A DNA stretch of 17,901 nt from Myxococcota bacterium (GTDB lineage: Bacteria > Myxococcota_A > Polyangia > Polyangiales > Sandaracinaceae), in NCBI GenBank assembly GCA_036149055.1, contig JAYZQJ010000168.1, positions 1 through 17,901 of the forward strand. Reading direction: 5' to 3'. The notes below the pieces were generated by a model. That model was not told where the DNA came from, did no database searches, and saw nothing but the letters and a program-made list of their open reading frames with translations. This document shows positions 10,404-17,901 of this stretch, one piece after another; the stretch's first letter is position 1, and every line of letters begins with the position of its first letter. Both the position numbers and the translations under genes were made by a program.

Positions 10404-13358
10404 ATGCGTGGTTGGACGCTGTGGTTGCTCGCTCTCTCCACCGGATGCTCGCTCGCGCGGAGCGCCGACGACTTCCGGATCTCGACGGAAGGCGGCCCGT
10501 GCACGACCGTCGCCGACTGCCTGGAGGAGCCGCACGCGATCGTCTCCTGCCTCGAGGGCACCTGCCGCTACGACGGCTGCGAGGCGGGCTTCGCCGACTG
10601 CAACGGCTCGACCTCCGACGGCTGCGAGGTGGAGCTGGCGAGCGACGACGCCCACTGCGGCGCCTGCGGCGTGAGCTGCGATCCGGCGCACGGCGTGGGC
10701 GGATGCGAGGCCGGCGCCTGCGCGCTCACCGGCTGCCTCGCCGGCTGGGACGACTGCGACGGAGAGGCCGCGAACGGCTGCGAGTCCGACCTCGGCGGCG
10801 CGGCGAGCTGCGGCGGCTGCGGGAACGTCTGCGCGGCCGGCGAGCTCTGCGACACCTCCGGCGGCGGGGCGACGTGCAGCGCCGAGTGCGGCGGCACCGT
10901 GTGCGGCGACGGCTGCGTGGACACCGAGACCGACGTGCGTCACTGCGGCGCCTGCGGGCGGAGCTGCGACGACACCAACGCGACCGGCGTGGCCTGCGTG
11001 GCCGGCGCCTGCGCCCTCGACGGCTGCGTCGACGGCTTCGAGGACTGCAACGGCGACCCGAGCGACGGCTGCGAGGCGCGCCCGAGCGACGATCCCGATC
11101 ACTGCGGCGCCTGCGGCGTGGCCTGCGAGGGCGGCGCGGCGTGCGTCTCCGGCCGCTGCGACCCGTTCGTCACCGGCGACGGCGACCAGCACACCTGCGT
11201 CGTGCGCGAGAGCGGCCGCGTCTACTGCTGGGGCCGCAACCTCTACGGGCAGGCCGATCCCGCCGGGAACCCGCGCTGGCCGGGGCGACCGACCGTGATC
11301 CCGAGCTCCGAGGCGCCGGGGGCCGCGCCGCTGCGCGCCACCGCGGTCGCCACCGGCACCGATCACAGCTGCGTCATCCGCCTGGACGGCACGCTCGCGT
11401 GCTGGGGGCGGACCGCGGCGGGGCGGCTCGGCCACGGCTCGACGACCGGCGTCTGGTCGCCGGTCGTCGACGTGACCGGAGCGAGCGACTTCGACGCCCG
11501 CACCTTCACCCAGCTCGACGCCGAGGGCGGCGTGACCTGCGCGCTCGACGACCTGGGCGGGGTGTGGTGCTGGGGCGACAACGGGCGCGGCCAGACGGGG
11601 CAGCCGACCGCGAGCGCCCAGACCCTCGTGGCGTCGCCGGTCGCCCTCCCCGGCCCCGCCCGGCAGGTGGAGGTGAACGCCGCGAGCTGCGCGCTGCTCG
11701 TGGACGGCAGGGTCTTCTGCTGGGGCCCGCGCGACCGAGGCCAGCTCGGCGACGGATCGAGCAGCGGGGAGTCGGCCACGCCGGTGCAGGTGGTCGGGGT
11801 CAGCGGCGCCCGGCGGCTGCTCGGGCACTGGCTGACCACCTGCGCGATCGACGGCGGCGGCGCCCTGCTCTGCTGGGGCGACAACCTCGGCGGCGCGCTC
11901 GGCGCCCGCGGGCCCGGCTTCACCACCAGCGTCGTCGCACGGGAGTCGGCCGGCGTGCTCGACGCCTGGGCGGGCATCTACTCGCTCTGCTGGCGCAAGG
12001 CCGACGGCGTGCGCTGCGCGGGGCGCAACACCGAGGGGCAGTTCGGGGACGGCACGACCGAGCCGTTCAACCAGGACGGCGACGCGCCCATCCGGGTGAG
12101 CGGGCTCGACGGCCTCGAGGGGCCGGTGTTCGCGGGTCGCTTCCACGCCTGCGGCCCGATCGACGGCGCGCTCCGGTGCTGGGGCGCGTCCTTCGAGGGC
12201 CAGGTGGCCCGGAGCTCGCTGCATCGAGCGACGCCGGCGGCGGTGCTCGACGAGCGAGGCGCGACGCCCACCGGCTTCTCGGAGGTGTCGCTCGGCCACC
12301 GTCACGGCTGCGCGGTCGGCGTGGGCGCGATCGAGTGCTGGGGCGACAACGGCAGCGGCCAGCTCGGGAGCGGGCGGCGCACCGGCAGCCACGCCGAGCC
12401 GGTGGAAGGCCTGAGCAACCCGGTGGAGGTCGACGCCGGCTTCTCGCACACCTGCGCGGTCGACCGCACCGCCGAGGGACGCCGCGTCCGCTGCTGGGGC
12501 AGCAACAACCAGCGCGCGCTCGGCGTGGAGGGCGGCGGGTCCGCGGCCCCCGGGGCGCCGACCGGCTTGCCGGCGCGGGACGCGATCTCGCTCACCACCG
12601 GCTACCTCCACTCCTGCGCCGTCCTCGAGGCGACCCCGGGCGCCGGCCGCGGCGCGGTCTGGTGCTGGGGCCTGAACGCCCACGGGCAGCTCGGCCGCGA
12701 CCCGACGGGGGCCCCCAACGGGCCGCCGGCCGAGGTCCCCGGGATCACCGACGCGGTGCAGGTCGAGGCGGGGACCGCCAGCACCTGCGCGCGGCTCGCC
12801 GACGGCACGGTCCGCTGCTGGGGCCGCGGCGTGGCGGGCGTGCTCGGCAACGGCACCTACGTCTCGACCCACGTGCCCTCGGCGGTCTCCGGCCTCTCGG
12901 GCGCGCGCGGGCTCGAGGGCGGCGACTTCCACTTCTGCGCTCGCCTCGACGGCGGCGCCCTGCGCTGCTGGGGCCTGAACGACCACGGCCAGCTGGGCGA
13001 CGGAACGCGGGAGAACCGCAGCACGCCGGTCGCGGTGGACTTCTCGGGCGCGGCCGCGCTCTCGGTCGCCGCGGGGGATCGCCACACCTGCGCCGCGTAC
13101 ACCGACGGAGTCACCCGCTGCTGGGGCCGCGGCGCCGCCGACGCCCTCGGCACCGGGACCACCGACGACGCCCTCCGCCCGGCCGCGGTCATGGGCGCGA
13201 GCGGCGCCACCGCGGTCGCGGCCGGCTCGCTGGAGGGCCGCACGAGCTGCGCGGTGATGCCGGACACGAGCCTCCGCTGCTGGGGCTTCGATCTCTTCGG
13301 CGCGACCGGCGCCGGCGCGCCCCTCTACTTCACCCCCACGACCGCGACGCTGCCCTGA
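10404..13358 (+). CDS. Lipoprotein with myxobacterial Cys-rich repeats (MXAN_6577-like) and RCC1/BLIP-II-type repeats (984 aa)
   Basis: ATG 10404 is in frame with ORF 10278..13358 and gives MRGWTLWLLALSTG-C. Four repeats end in HCGACG-type motifs (e.g. DCNGSTSDGCEVELASDDAHCGACGVSC). Fourteen blades of type HTCA...G.V.CWG.N..GQLGDG follow (13 CWG + 1 CAG). Confidence 0.9.
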   Translation: MRGWTLWLLALSTGCSLARSADDFRISTEGGPCTTVADCLEEPHAIVSCLEGTCRYDGCEAGFADCNGSTSDGCEVELASDDAHCGACGVSCDPAHGVGGCEAGACALTGCLAGWDDCDGEAANGCESDLGGAASCGGCGNVCAAGELCDTSGGGATCSAECGGTVCGDGCVDTETDVRHCGACGRSCDDTNATGVACVAGACALDGCVDGFEDCNGDPSDGCEARPSDDPDHCGACGVACEGGAACVSGRCDPFVTGDGDQHTCVVRESGRVYCWGRNLYGQADPAGNPRWPGRPTVIPSSEAPGAAPLRATAVATGTDHSCVIRLDGTLACWGRTAAGRLGHGSTTGVWSPVVDVTGASDFDARTFTQLDAEGGVTCALDDLGGVWCWGDNGRGQTGQPTASAQTLVASPVALPGPARQVEVNAASCALLVDGRVFCWGPRDRGQLGDGSSSGESATPVQVVGVSGARRLLGHWLTTCAIDGGGALLCWGDNLGGALGARGPGFTTSVVARESAGVLDAWAGIYSLCWRKADGVRCAGRNTEGQFGDGTTEPFNQDGDAPIRVSGLDGLEGPVFAGRFHACGPIDGALRCWGASFEGQVARSSLHRATPAAVLDERGATPTGFSEVSLGHRHGCAVGVGAIECWGDNGSGQLGSGRRTGSHAEPVEGLSNPVEVDAGFSHTCAVDRTAEGRRVRCWGSNNQRALGVEGGGSAAPGAPTGLPARDAISLTTGYLHSCAVLEATPGAGRGAVWCWGLNAHGQLGRDPTGAPNGPPAEVPGITDAVQVEAGTASTCARLADGTVRCWGRGVAGVLGNGTYVSTHVPSAVSGLSGARGLEGGDFHFCARLDGGALRCWGLNDHGQLGDGTRENRSTPVAVDFSGAAALSVAAGDRHTCAAYTDGVTRCWGRGAADALGTGTTDDALRPAAVMGASGATAVAAGSLEGRTSCAVMPDTSLRCWGFDLFGATGAGAPLYFTPTTATLP

Positions 13359-13383
13359 GCGGACCGGCCCGAGGAGAACCGCC

Positions 13384-14217
13384 ATGACGAACCGCATCAC
13401 GTCCCTCGCGCTCGCGCTCTCGCTGATCGCCGGCGTGGCCTCCGCCCAGGAGCCCTCGGGCGAGGGCCCGCCCGACGAGCGAGGGGAGCCGCGCGCCGCG
13501 CCGCCCGGCGAGGAGTCCGAGGCGCGCGCCCTCTTCGAGGCGGGGCAGAGCGCCTTCCGTGACGGCCGCTTCGAGGCCGCGCTCGACCGCTGGCAGGCCG
13601 CCTACGCGCTCGCCCACTATCCGGAGCTCCTCTACAACATCGCGACCGCCCTCGATCGGCTCGGTCGCATGGAGGAGGCGGCGGCGCGCTACCGGGACTT
13701 CCTCGAGGAGAACCCCGAGGCCGAGAACCGCAACTACGTGCGGCGGCGGGTCGAGGTGATCGAGGCCCACCTGCAGGCCCAGGCGCGGCACGAGGAGGCC
13801 GCGCCGATCCCCGCGCTGGACCCGGACGCGGCGCCGCTCGAAGCCCCGCGTGAGCCGCGCGCAACGACGACGGCCGGGCCGCCGGCCGCACCGATCGTGC
13901 TCTTCTCGATCGCTGGCGCCGCGCTGGCGGCGGGCGTGGTCACCGCGGTGCTGGCCAACGACCAGTACGAGACGCTCCAGGCGAGCTGCCCGGGGGGCGC
14001 CTGCCCGCAGGACGCCGGCGGTGACCTCGAGACCCTGCGCGCGCTCGGGATCACCACCGACGTGCTGCTCGGCGTCGCCGCCGCGAGCGCCGCCGCCGCC
14101 CTCGTCTGGATCCTCGCGAGTGGGAGCGACGCCTCGGAGGGCGAAGCGGGCCCGATCGAGGCCGGCGCCGCCTGCACCGCATCCGGATGCGTGGCCAGCG
14201 TGCGGACACGCTTCTGA
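13384..14217 (+). CDS. Exported tetratricopeptide-repeat protein with hydrophobic Gly/Ala-rich C-terminal segments (277 aa)
   Basis: RBS GAGGAG at 13371-13376. Signal peptide ends VASA-Q. TPR helices read ARALFEAGQSAFRDGRFEAALDRWQAAY...LLYNIATALDRLGRMEEAAARYRDFL. Two hydrophobic segments flank a C-x4-C loop. The protein ends in Phe. Confidence 0.88.
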   Translation: MTNRITSLALALSLIAGVASAQEPSGEGPPDERGEPRAAPPGEESEARALFEAGQSAFRDGRFEAALDRWQAAYALAHYPELLYNIATALDRLGRMEEAAARYRDFLEENPEAENRNYVRRRVEVIEAHLQAQARHEEAAPIPALDPDAAPLEAPREPRATTTAGPPAAPIVLFSIAGAALAAGVVTAVLANDQYETLQASCPGGACPQDAGGDLETLRALGITTDVLLGVAAASAAAALVWILASGSDASEGEAGPIEAGAACTASGCVASVRTRF

Positions 14218-14224
14218 GTTTCTT

Positions 14225-14523
14225 GGAGGGTTTGGTGCAAACCCTCCCCCCATTGGGCAAAGCGCCAATGGGGCCCCCCTCCCGACTCCGTCGGAGCTTC
14301 GCGCTTCGCGCTCGCTCCGCGACCCCAGCGACGGGACGCTGGGGGCCCTGCGGCTCGCGCTCGCGCTTCGCGCGAGCTGGCCGCCCGCTGCCGCGGGATC
14401 GAACCTGCGGGATGGCACCTGCGGCGACCTCGCTGCGCTCGTCGCCTGCCGTCGTCTCGGGTCAGTGTCGTGGAAGCGGCGGGTGTGCCCCGGCGCCATC
14501 CTTGCCACCTCCTGAGTTGACCC
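14225..14523. other. Hairpin-rich intergenic element (structured repeat, ncRNA or terminator-containing)
   Basis: Consecutive stems: GGAGGGTTTG/CAAACCCTCC (14225-14247), CCCCATTGG/CCAATGGGG (14248-14273), CCCCAGCG/CGCTGGGG (14323-14344), GCTCGCGC-TTC-GCGCGAGC (14359-14377) and GGCGAC/GTCGCC (14423-14446). Confidence 0.55.
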
Positions 14524-14693
14524 TAGCAACGCGCAAAAAAGAGGATGTCTGCGCGCGCCTCGCCTGTAGGACGCCGCGCCAGCGCGCCAGTCGCCCCTCC
14601 GAAATGCTGAGGCATTTCGTCGTCGGCCCGCCGCGCTGGACGCGACGTCGCGCTCGCCGATCCATCACGCGCATTTCCGCCGCACGCTGCTAG
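14523..14693. mobile_element. Putative non-autonomous palindromic element (MITE/REPIN-like), 171 bp, bounded by CTAG
   Basis: Terminal inverted repeat CCTAGCAACGCGC (14522-14534) / GCACGCTGCTAGG (14682-14694) matches 11 of 13. Nested IR CCAGCGCG/CGCGCTGG at 14579-14586 and 14632-14639. Central hairpin CGAAATGC-tgag-GCATTTCG at 14600-14619. All share one symmetry axis near 14609. Confidence 0.55.
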
Positions 14694-14696
14694 GCT
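14691..14696 (+). promoter_or_regulatory. Candidate -10 hexamer (TAGGCT) for a leaderless helicase transcript
   Basis: TANNNT hexamer lies 6 nt upstream of the GTG at 14703, with no Shine-Dalgarno in between. Confidence 0.45.
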
Positions 14697-14702
14697 CCTG
14701 GC

Positions 14703-16976
14703 GTGTCGGACGCCGAGCTGACGTTGGCGCTCGGGCCCACCAACACCGGGAAGACGCACCGCGCGGTGGAGCGCATGCTCGAGCACGACTCGGGCATGAT
14801 CGGGCTTCCGCTGCGGCTGCTCGCGCGCGAGGTCTACGACCGCATCACCGCGCGCATCGGCGAGGCGGCGGTGGCGCTGGTGACCGGCGAGGAGAAGCGC
14901 GTGCCGCCGCGGGCGCGCTACTGGGTGTGCACGGTCGAGGCGATGCCGACCGAGCGCTCGGTGGACTTCGTGGCGGTCGACGAGATCCAGCTCGCCGCCC
15001 ACCGGGAGCGCGGGCACGTGTTCACCGACCGGCTGCTCCGGCTGCGAGGGCGGCGCGAGACCTGGTTCCTCGGCGCCGACACGATGGCCCCGATCGCGCG
15101 CTCGCTGCTGCCGGGCGCCGACCTGCACCGTCAGATGCGCTTCTCCCAGCTCCGGCACACCGGCCGCAGCGGGCTCGGCGGCCTGCCCCCGCGCACCGCG
15201 GTGGTCGCCTTCAGCGCCGACGAGGTCTACGCGCTGGCCGCCCGGCTGCGGGCCCGTCGCGGCGGGGCGGCGGTGGTGCTCGGCGCGCTCTCGCCGCGGA
15301 CCCGCAACGCGCAGGTCGCGCTCTACCAGGCGCGCGAGGTCCAGTACATCGTCGCCACCGACGCGATCGGCATGGGCCTGAACCTCGACGTCGATCACGT
15401 GGCCTTCGCGTCGCTGCGCAAGTTCGACGGCAAGGATCAGCGCTACCTGAGCTCGCCGGAGCTGGCCCAGATCGCGGGGCGCGCCGGCCGCTACAAGCGC
15501 GACGGCACCTTCGGCACCCTCAACCCGCTCCCCGGCCTCGACGAGCGCGTGGTCCGCGCGATCGAGGAGCACCGCTTCCCGGCGGTCCGGCGCCTGGTCT
15601 GGCGCAACGCCGGGCTCGACTTCGAGAGCCCCGAGGCGCTGATCGCGTCGCTCGCGGTGCCGCCCCCGGGCGAGGCCTTCGAGCGGGTCGAGCGGGCGGA
15701 CGACTTCGACGCGCTGCGGGCCCTCGCGGCGCAAGACGCCGTGCTCGAGCGCGCGACGACGCCAGATCGCGTCGCGCTGCTCTGGGAGGTCTGCCAGGTG
15801 CCGGACTTCCGCAAGCTGCTGCTGGCGCGGCACGTCTCGCTCCTCGGCGACGTCTTCGTGCAGCTCGTCGACCACGGGCGCCTCGATCCGAGCTGGGTCG
15901 AGCGGCAGTTGGACCGCATCGACCGGCTGGACGCCGAGGTCGACGGGCTCACCGCGCGGCTGTCGGCCATCCGAGTCTGGACGTACATCAGCCACCGGGC
16001 GGGCTGGCTCGAGGACGCGGCCGGCTGGCAGGCGCGCACCCGCGCGATCGAGGACCGGCTCGGCGACGCGTTGCACCAGCGGCTGGTCGAGCGCTTCGTG
16101 GAGATCGGCAAGAAGCGCGGCCGGGCGAAGGCGCCGGAGCCGGCCGCCAGTGGGAGCCCGTTCGCCCAGCTGCGCGGCTTGCTCGAGGAGGTGCGCGAGG
16201 ACGAAGGCGAGGCCTCGCGCCGCTGGGTGGAGGACGCGATCGCGGCGCCCCACGACGCCTTCGAGGTGGACGACGCCGGGGTGATCACCCTGCGCGGCGA
16301 GCGGGTGGGACGGCTGGTGCGCGGCCGCGAGCTCGCCCAGCCCGAGGCGCGCCCCGAGCTGCCCGACGGGCTCGGCGCCGGCGCGCGCTCCCGGCTCGAG
16401 CGGCGCGTGCACGCGTTCGCGAAGGACTGGGCGTCGACGCTCCTCGCGCCGCTGGACGACGCCGGCGCGGGCGGCGCGCTGCGAGGCCTCCTCTACCAGC
16501 TGCGGGCCGGGCTCGGGACGGTGCTGCGAGAGGAGGCGGCGCCCCAGCTGGCGGCGCTCGACGACGCGGACCTCGAGGAGCTGGCCCGGCGCGGGGTCGT
16601 CATCGGTGCCCGGAGCGCCTACGCGCGCGCGCTGCTCGGCAGCGAGGCCCTCGCGCGCCGCGCGCTGCTGGTCCGGCTCTTCGAGGACGCGCCGCGGGTG
16701 CCGAAGCCGGGCGCGGTCAGCTATCCGATCGACAAGCGCTCCGCCGCCGCCGCGCCCGCGCTCGGTTTCGTGCCGCTGGGTCCGCAGGCGGTGCGCGCGG
16801 ATCTCGTCGAGCGCGTCTCCGAGGCCCTCGCCCCGCTCGAGTCCCCCTTCGAGCTCCCCGCGCCGGTGCGGAGCTGGCTCGGGGTCCCGGGAAAACGTCT
16901 GGACGGCGTCTTGCGGGCTCTGGGGTACCGCCGCACCGCCTCCGGCGCGTGGGCGGCGCGGGCCGAGCCTTCGTGA
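14703..16976 (+). CDS. Suv3-like (MgpS-type) superfamily 2 helicase (757 aa)
   Basis: Motifs LGPTNTGKT, PLRLLAREVY, LVTGEEK, CTVEAM, VDEIQL, ERGHVFT, VATDAIGMGLN, KFDG and QIAGRAGR are characteristic of the Suv3/MgpS helicase family. Confidence 0.92.
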   Translation: MSDAELTLALGPTNTGKTHRAVERMLEHDSGMIGLPLRLLAREVYDRITARIGEAAVALVTGEEKRVPPRARYWVCTVEAMPTERSVDFVAVDEIQLAAHRERGHVFTDRLLRLRGRRETWFLGADTMAPIARSLLPGADLHRQMRFSQLRHTGRSGLGGLPPRTAVVAFSADEVYALAARLRARRGGAAVVLGALSPRTRNAQVALYQAREVQYIVATDAIGMGLNLDVDHVAFASLRKFDGKDQRYLSSPELAQIAGRAGRYKRDGTFGTLNPLPGLDERVVRAIEEHRFPAVRRLVWRNAGLDFESPEALIASLAVPPPGEAFERVERADDFDALRALAAQDAVLERATTPDRVALLWEVCQVPDFRKLLLARHVSLLGDVFVQLVDHGRLDPSWVERQLDRIDRLDAEVDGLTARLSAIRVWTYISHRAGWLEDAAGWQARTRAIEDRLGDALHQRLVERFVEIGKKRGRAKAPEPAASGSPFAQLRGLLEEVREDEGEASRRWVEDAIAAPHDAFEVDDAGVITLRGERVGRLVRGRELAQPEARPELPDGLGAGARSRLERRVHAFAKDWASTLLAPLDDAGAGGALRGLLYQLRAGLGTVLREEAAPQLAALDDADLEELARRGVVIGARSAYARALLGSEALARRALLVRLFEDAPRVPKPGAVSYPIDKRSAAAAPALGFVPLGPQAVRADLVERVSEALAPLESPFELPAPVRSWLGVPGKRLDGVLRALGYRRTASGAWAARAEPS

Positions 16977-16983
16977 GATGACG

Positions 16984-17610
16984 ATGGGAGCCTGGGGAAC
17001 CGGAGTCTTCGAGGACGACTCCGCGCGCGACTGGCTCGCCGGCTTGATCGAGAGCGCGGACCCGTCGGCGGAGCTTTCGGCGGCGGTGGGAGGGGATCTG
17101 GGGGACGCGTCGGGCGGGGTCCGGCTGCTCGCCGCGGCGGAGGTGCTCGCGGCGCTCGGGGGCCAGGGCTCCGGGCTCCCGGCGCGCGCCGAGCGCTGGC
17201 TCGAGACCGCGCCGGACGCCAGCGGCGAGCTCGCGCGCGCCGCGCTGGCCGCGCTCGACCGGGTGGCGGATCCGACGCGCTCGGCGCTGGCCGCTTCGTG
17301 GGTGCGCGCTTCGTTCGCCGCGCCCGATGACCGGTGGCTCGCCGGGCTCGACGACCTCGCCGCGCGGCTCGCTCGTTCGGTGGGCGAGGCGCCGCGGGCG
17401 GTGCCTCGGGTGGAGTGGGAGGGGACGGTGGAGGCGCCGGAGGAGCTTGCCGCTCGGCTCGGGCTGCTTCGGGAGCTGCTCGCGGAGGAGCCCACGGTCG
17501 GGGATGCGCTGCGCGCGCTGGCGGAGCTCGATCCCGTCGTGGCCCGGGCGCTGGGGGAGGGGCGGCGCGGCGTGATGGAGCGGTGGGTGGCCCGCGCCCT
17601 TCGGAGGTGA
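16984..17610 (+). CDS. DUF4259-family protein with a C-terminal extension (about 208 aa; alternative ATG at 16978)
   Basis: 3' part of ORF 16606..17610. N-terminus MGAWGTGVFEDDSARDWL and internal LAAAEVLAAL...ALAALDRV...SALAASW...W...LDDLAARL match the family pattern. It starts just after the helicase stop. Confidence 0.75.
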   Translation: MGAWGTGVFEDDSARDWLAGLIESADPSAELSAAVGGDLGDASGGVRLLAAAEVLAALGGQGSGLPARAERWLETAPDASGELARAALAALDRVADPTRSALAASWVRASFAAPDDRWLAGLDDLAARLARSVGEAPRAVPRVEWEGTVEAPEELAARLGLLRELLAEEPTVGDALRALAELDPVVARALGEGRRGVMERWVARALRR

Positions 17611-17741
17611 GGTCGGGGACCGTCTTTCGGATGGGAGGTTGGGGACGATCCCATTCATTCATCGAGCTCGCCCTTCGAGGTCAGGTCGGCGCCCTTCTCG
17701 AGGGTCAGGTCGGGGACGATCCTGTTCATTCATCGAGCTCG
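17595..17741. repeat. Nested direct repeats (REP-like)
   Basis: A 35-nt repeat AGGTYGGGGACGATCCYRTTCATTCATCGAGCTCG occurs at 17636-17670 and 17707-17741 with 3 mismatches. Three copies of CGCCCTTC..GAGG(G)T(C/G)AGGTCGG start at about 17595, 17669 and 17690. Confidence 0.75.
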
Positions 17742-17761
17742 GCGGCGGGGGGCGGTAGCGC

Positions 17762-17900
17762 CAGCGGAGGCGGCAGCGGAGGCGGCAGCGGAGGCGGCAG
17801 CGGAGGCGGCAGCGGAGGCGGCAGCGGAGGCGGCAGCGGAGGCGGCAGCGGAGGCGGCAGCGGAGGCGGCAGCGGAGGCGTCAGCGGAGGCGGCAGCGGA
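17762..17900. repeat. Near-perfect 12-bp tandem repeat (CAGCGGAGGCGG) x11 plus a partial unit, reaching the window edge
   Basis: Units start every 12 nt from 17762 to 17894. There is one G>T variant at 17881. Confidence 0.97.
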
Positions 17901-17901
17901 A

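Noticed and set aside
10490..11165. CxxC motifs of the Cys-rich repeats as heme c or Fe-S sites
   Set aside because: The pattern is HCGACG, not CxxCH, in an exported protein. It fits disulfide-bonded myxobacterial repeats.
14523..14693. Palindromic element as an integron attC site
   Set aside because: It lacks the RYYYAAC...GTTRRRY ends, and there is no cassette array or integrase.
17636..17741. 35-nt repeat / 36-nt spacer / 35-nt repeat as a mini-CRISPR
   Set aside because: Only two imperfect copies are present, the spacer is itself built from sub-repeats of the flanking motif, and there is no leader or cas gene.

Overview
GC-rich bacterial chromosomal window whose protein families and gene style point to Myxococcota (inference; possibly Polyangiales/Sandaracinaceae-like). 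It holds nine credible CDSs. (1) A small GIDE-like protein. (2-3) A two-gene lipoprotein unit: a His-rich LVIVD beta-propeller + Ig-like protein, then a PKD + YncE-type propeller + di-heme cytochrome c (bCcP/MauG superfamily) protein. (4-5) A minus-strand, translationally coupled pair: a GAF sigma54 enhancer-binding protein and a Ser/Thr kinase-NTPase-TPR protein. (6-7) A divergent Cys-rich/RCC1-repeat lipoprotein and an exported TPR protein, preceded by a clear sigma54 -24/-12 promoter and two candidate enhancer dyads. (8-9) A Suv3-like SF2 helicase and a DUF4259 protein. Non-coding regions hold a 21-bp tandem array with an inverted, in-phase degenerate arm, hexamer-based repeat tracts at both ends, a hairpin-rich ~300-bp element, a CTAG-bounded 171-bp palindromic MITE-like element and a REP-like nested repeat. 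The best candidates for undescribed systems are the LVIVD/di-heme enzyme pair and the kinase/sigma54-controlled surface-protein module. No rRNA, tRNA, transposase or CRISPR array was seen. Family assignments come from motif recognition by eye, not database searches.
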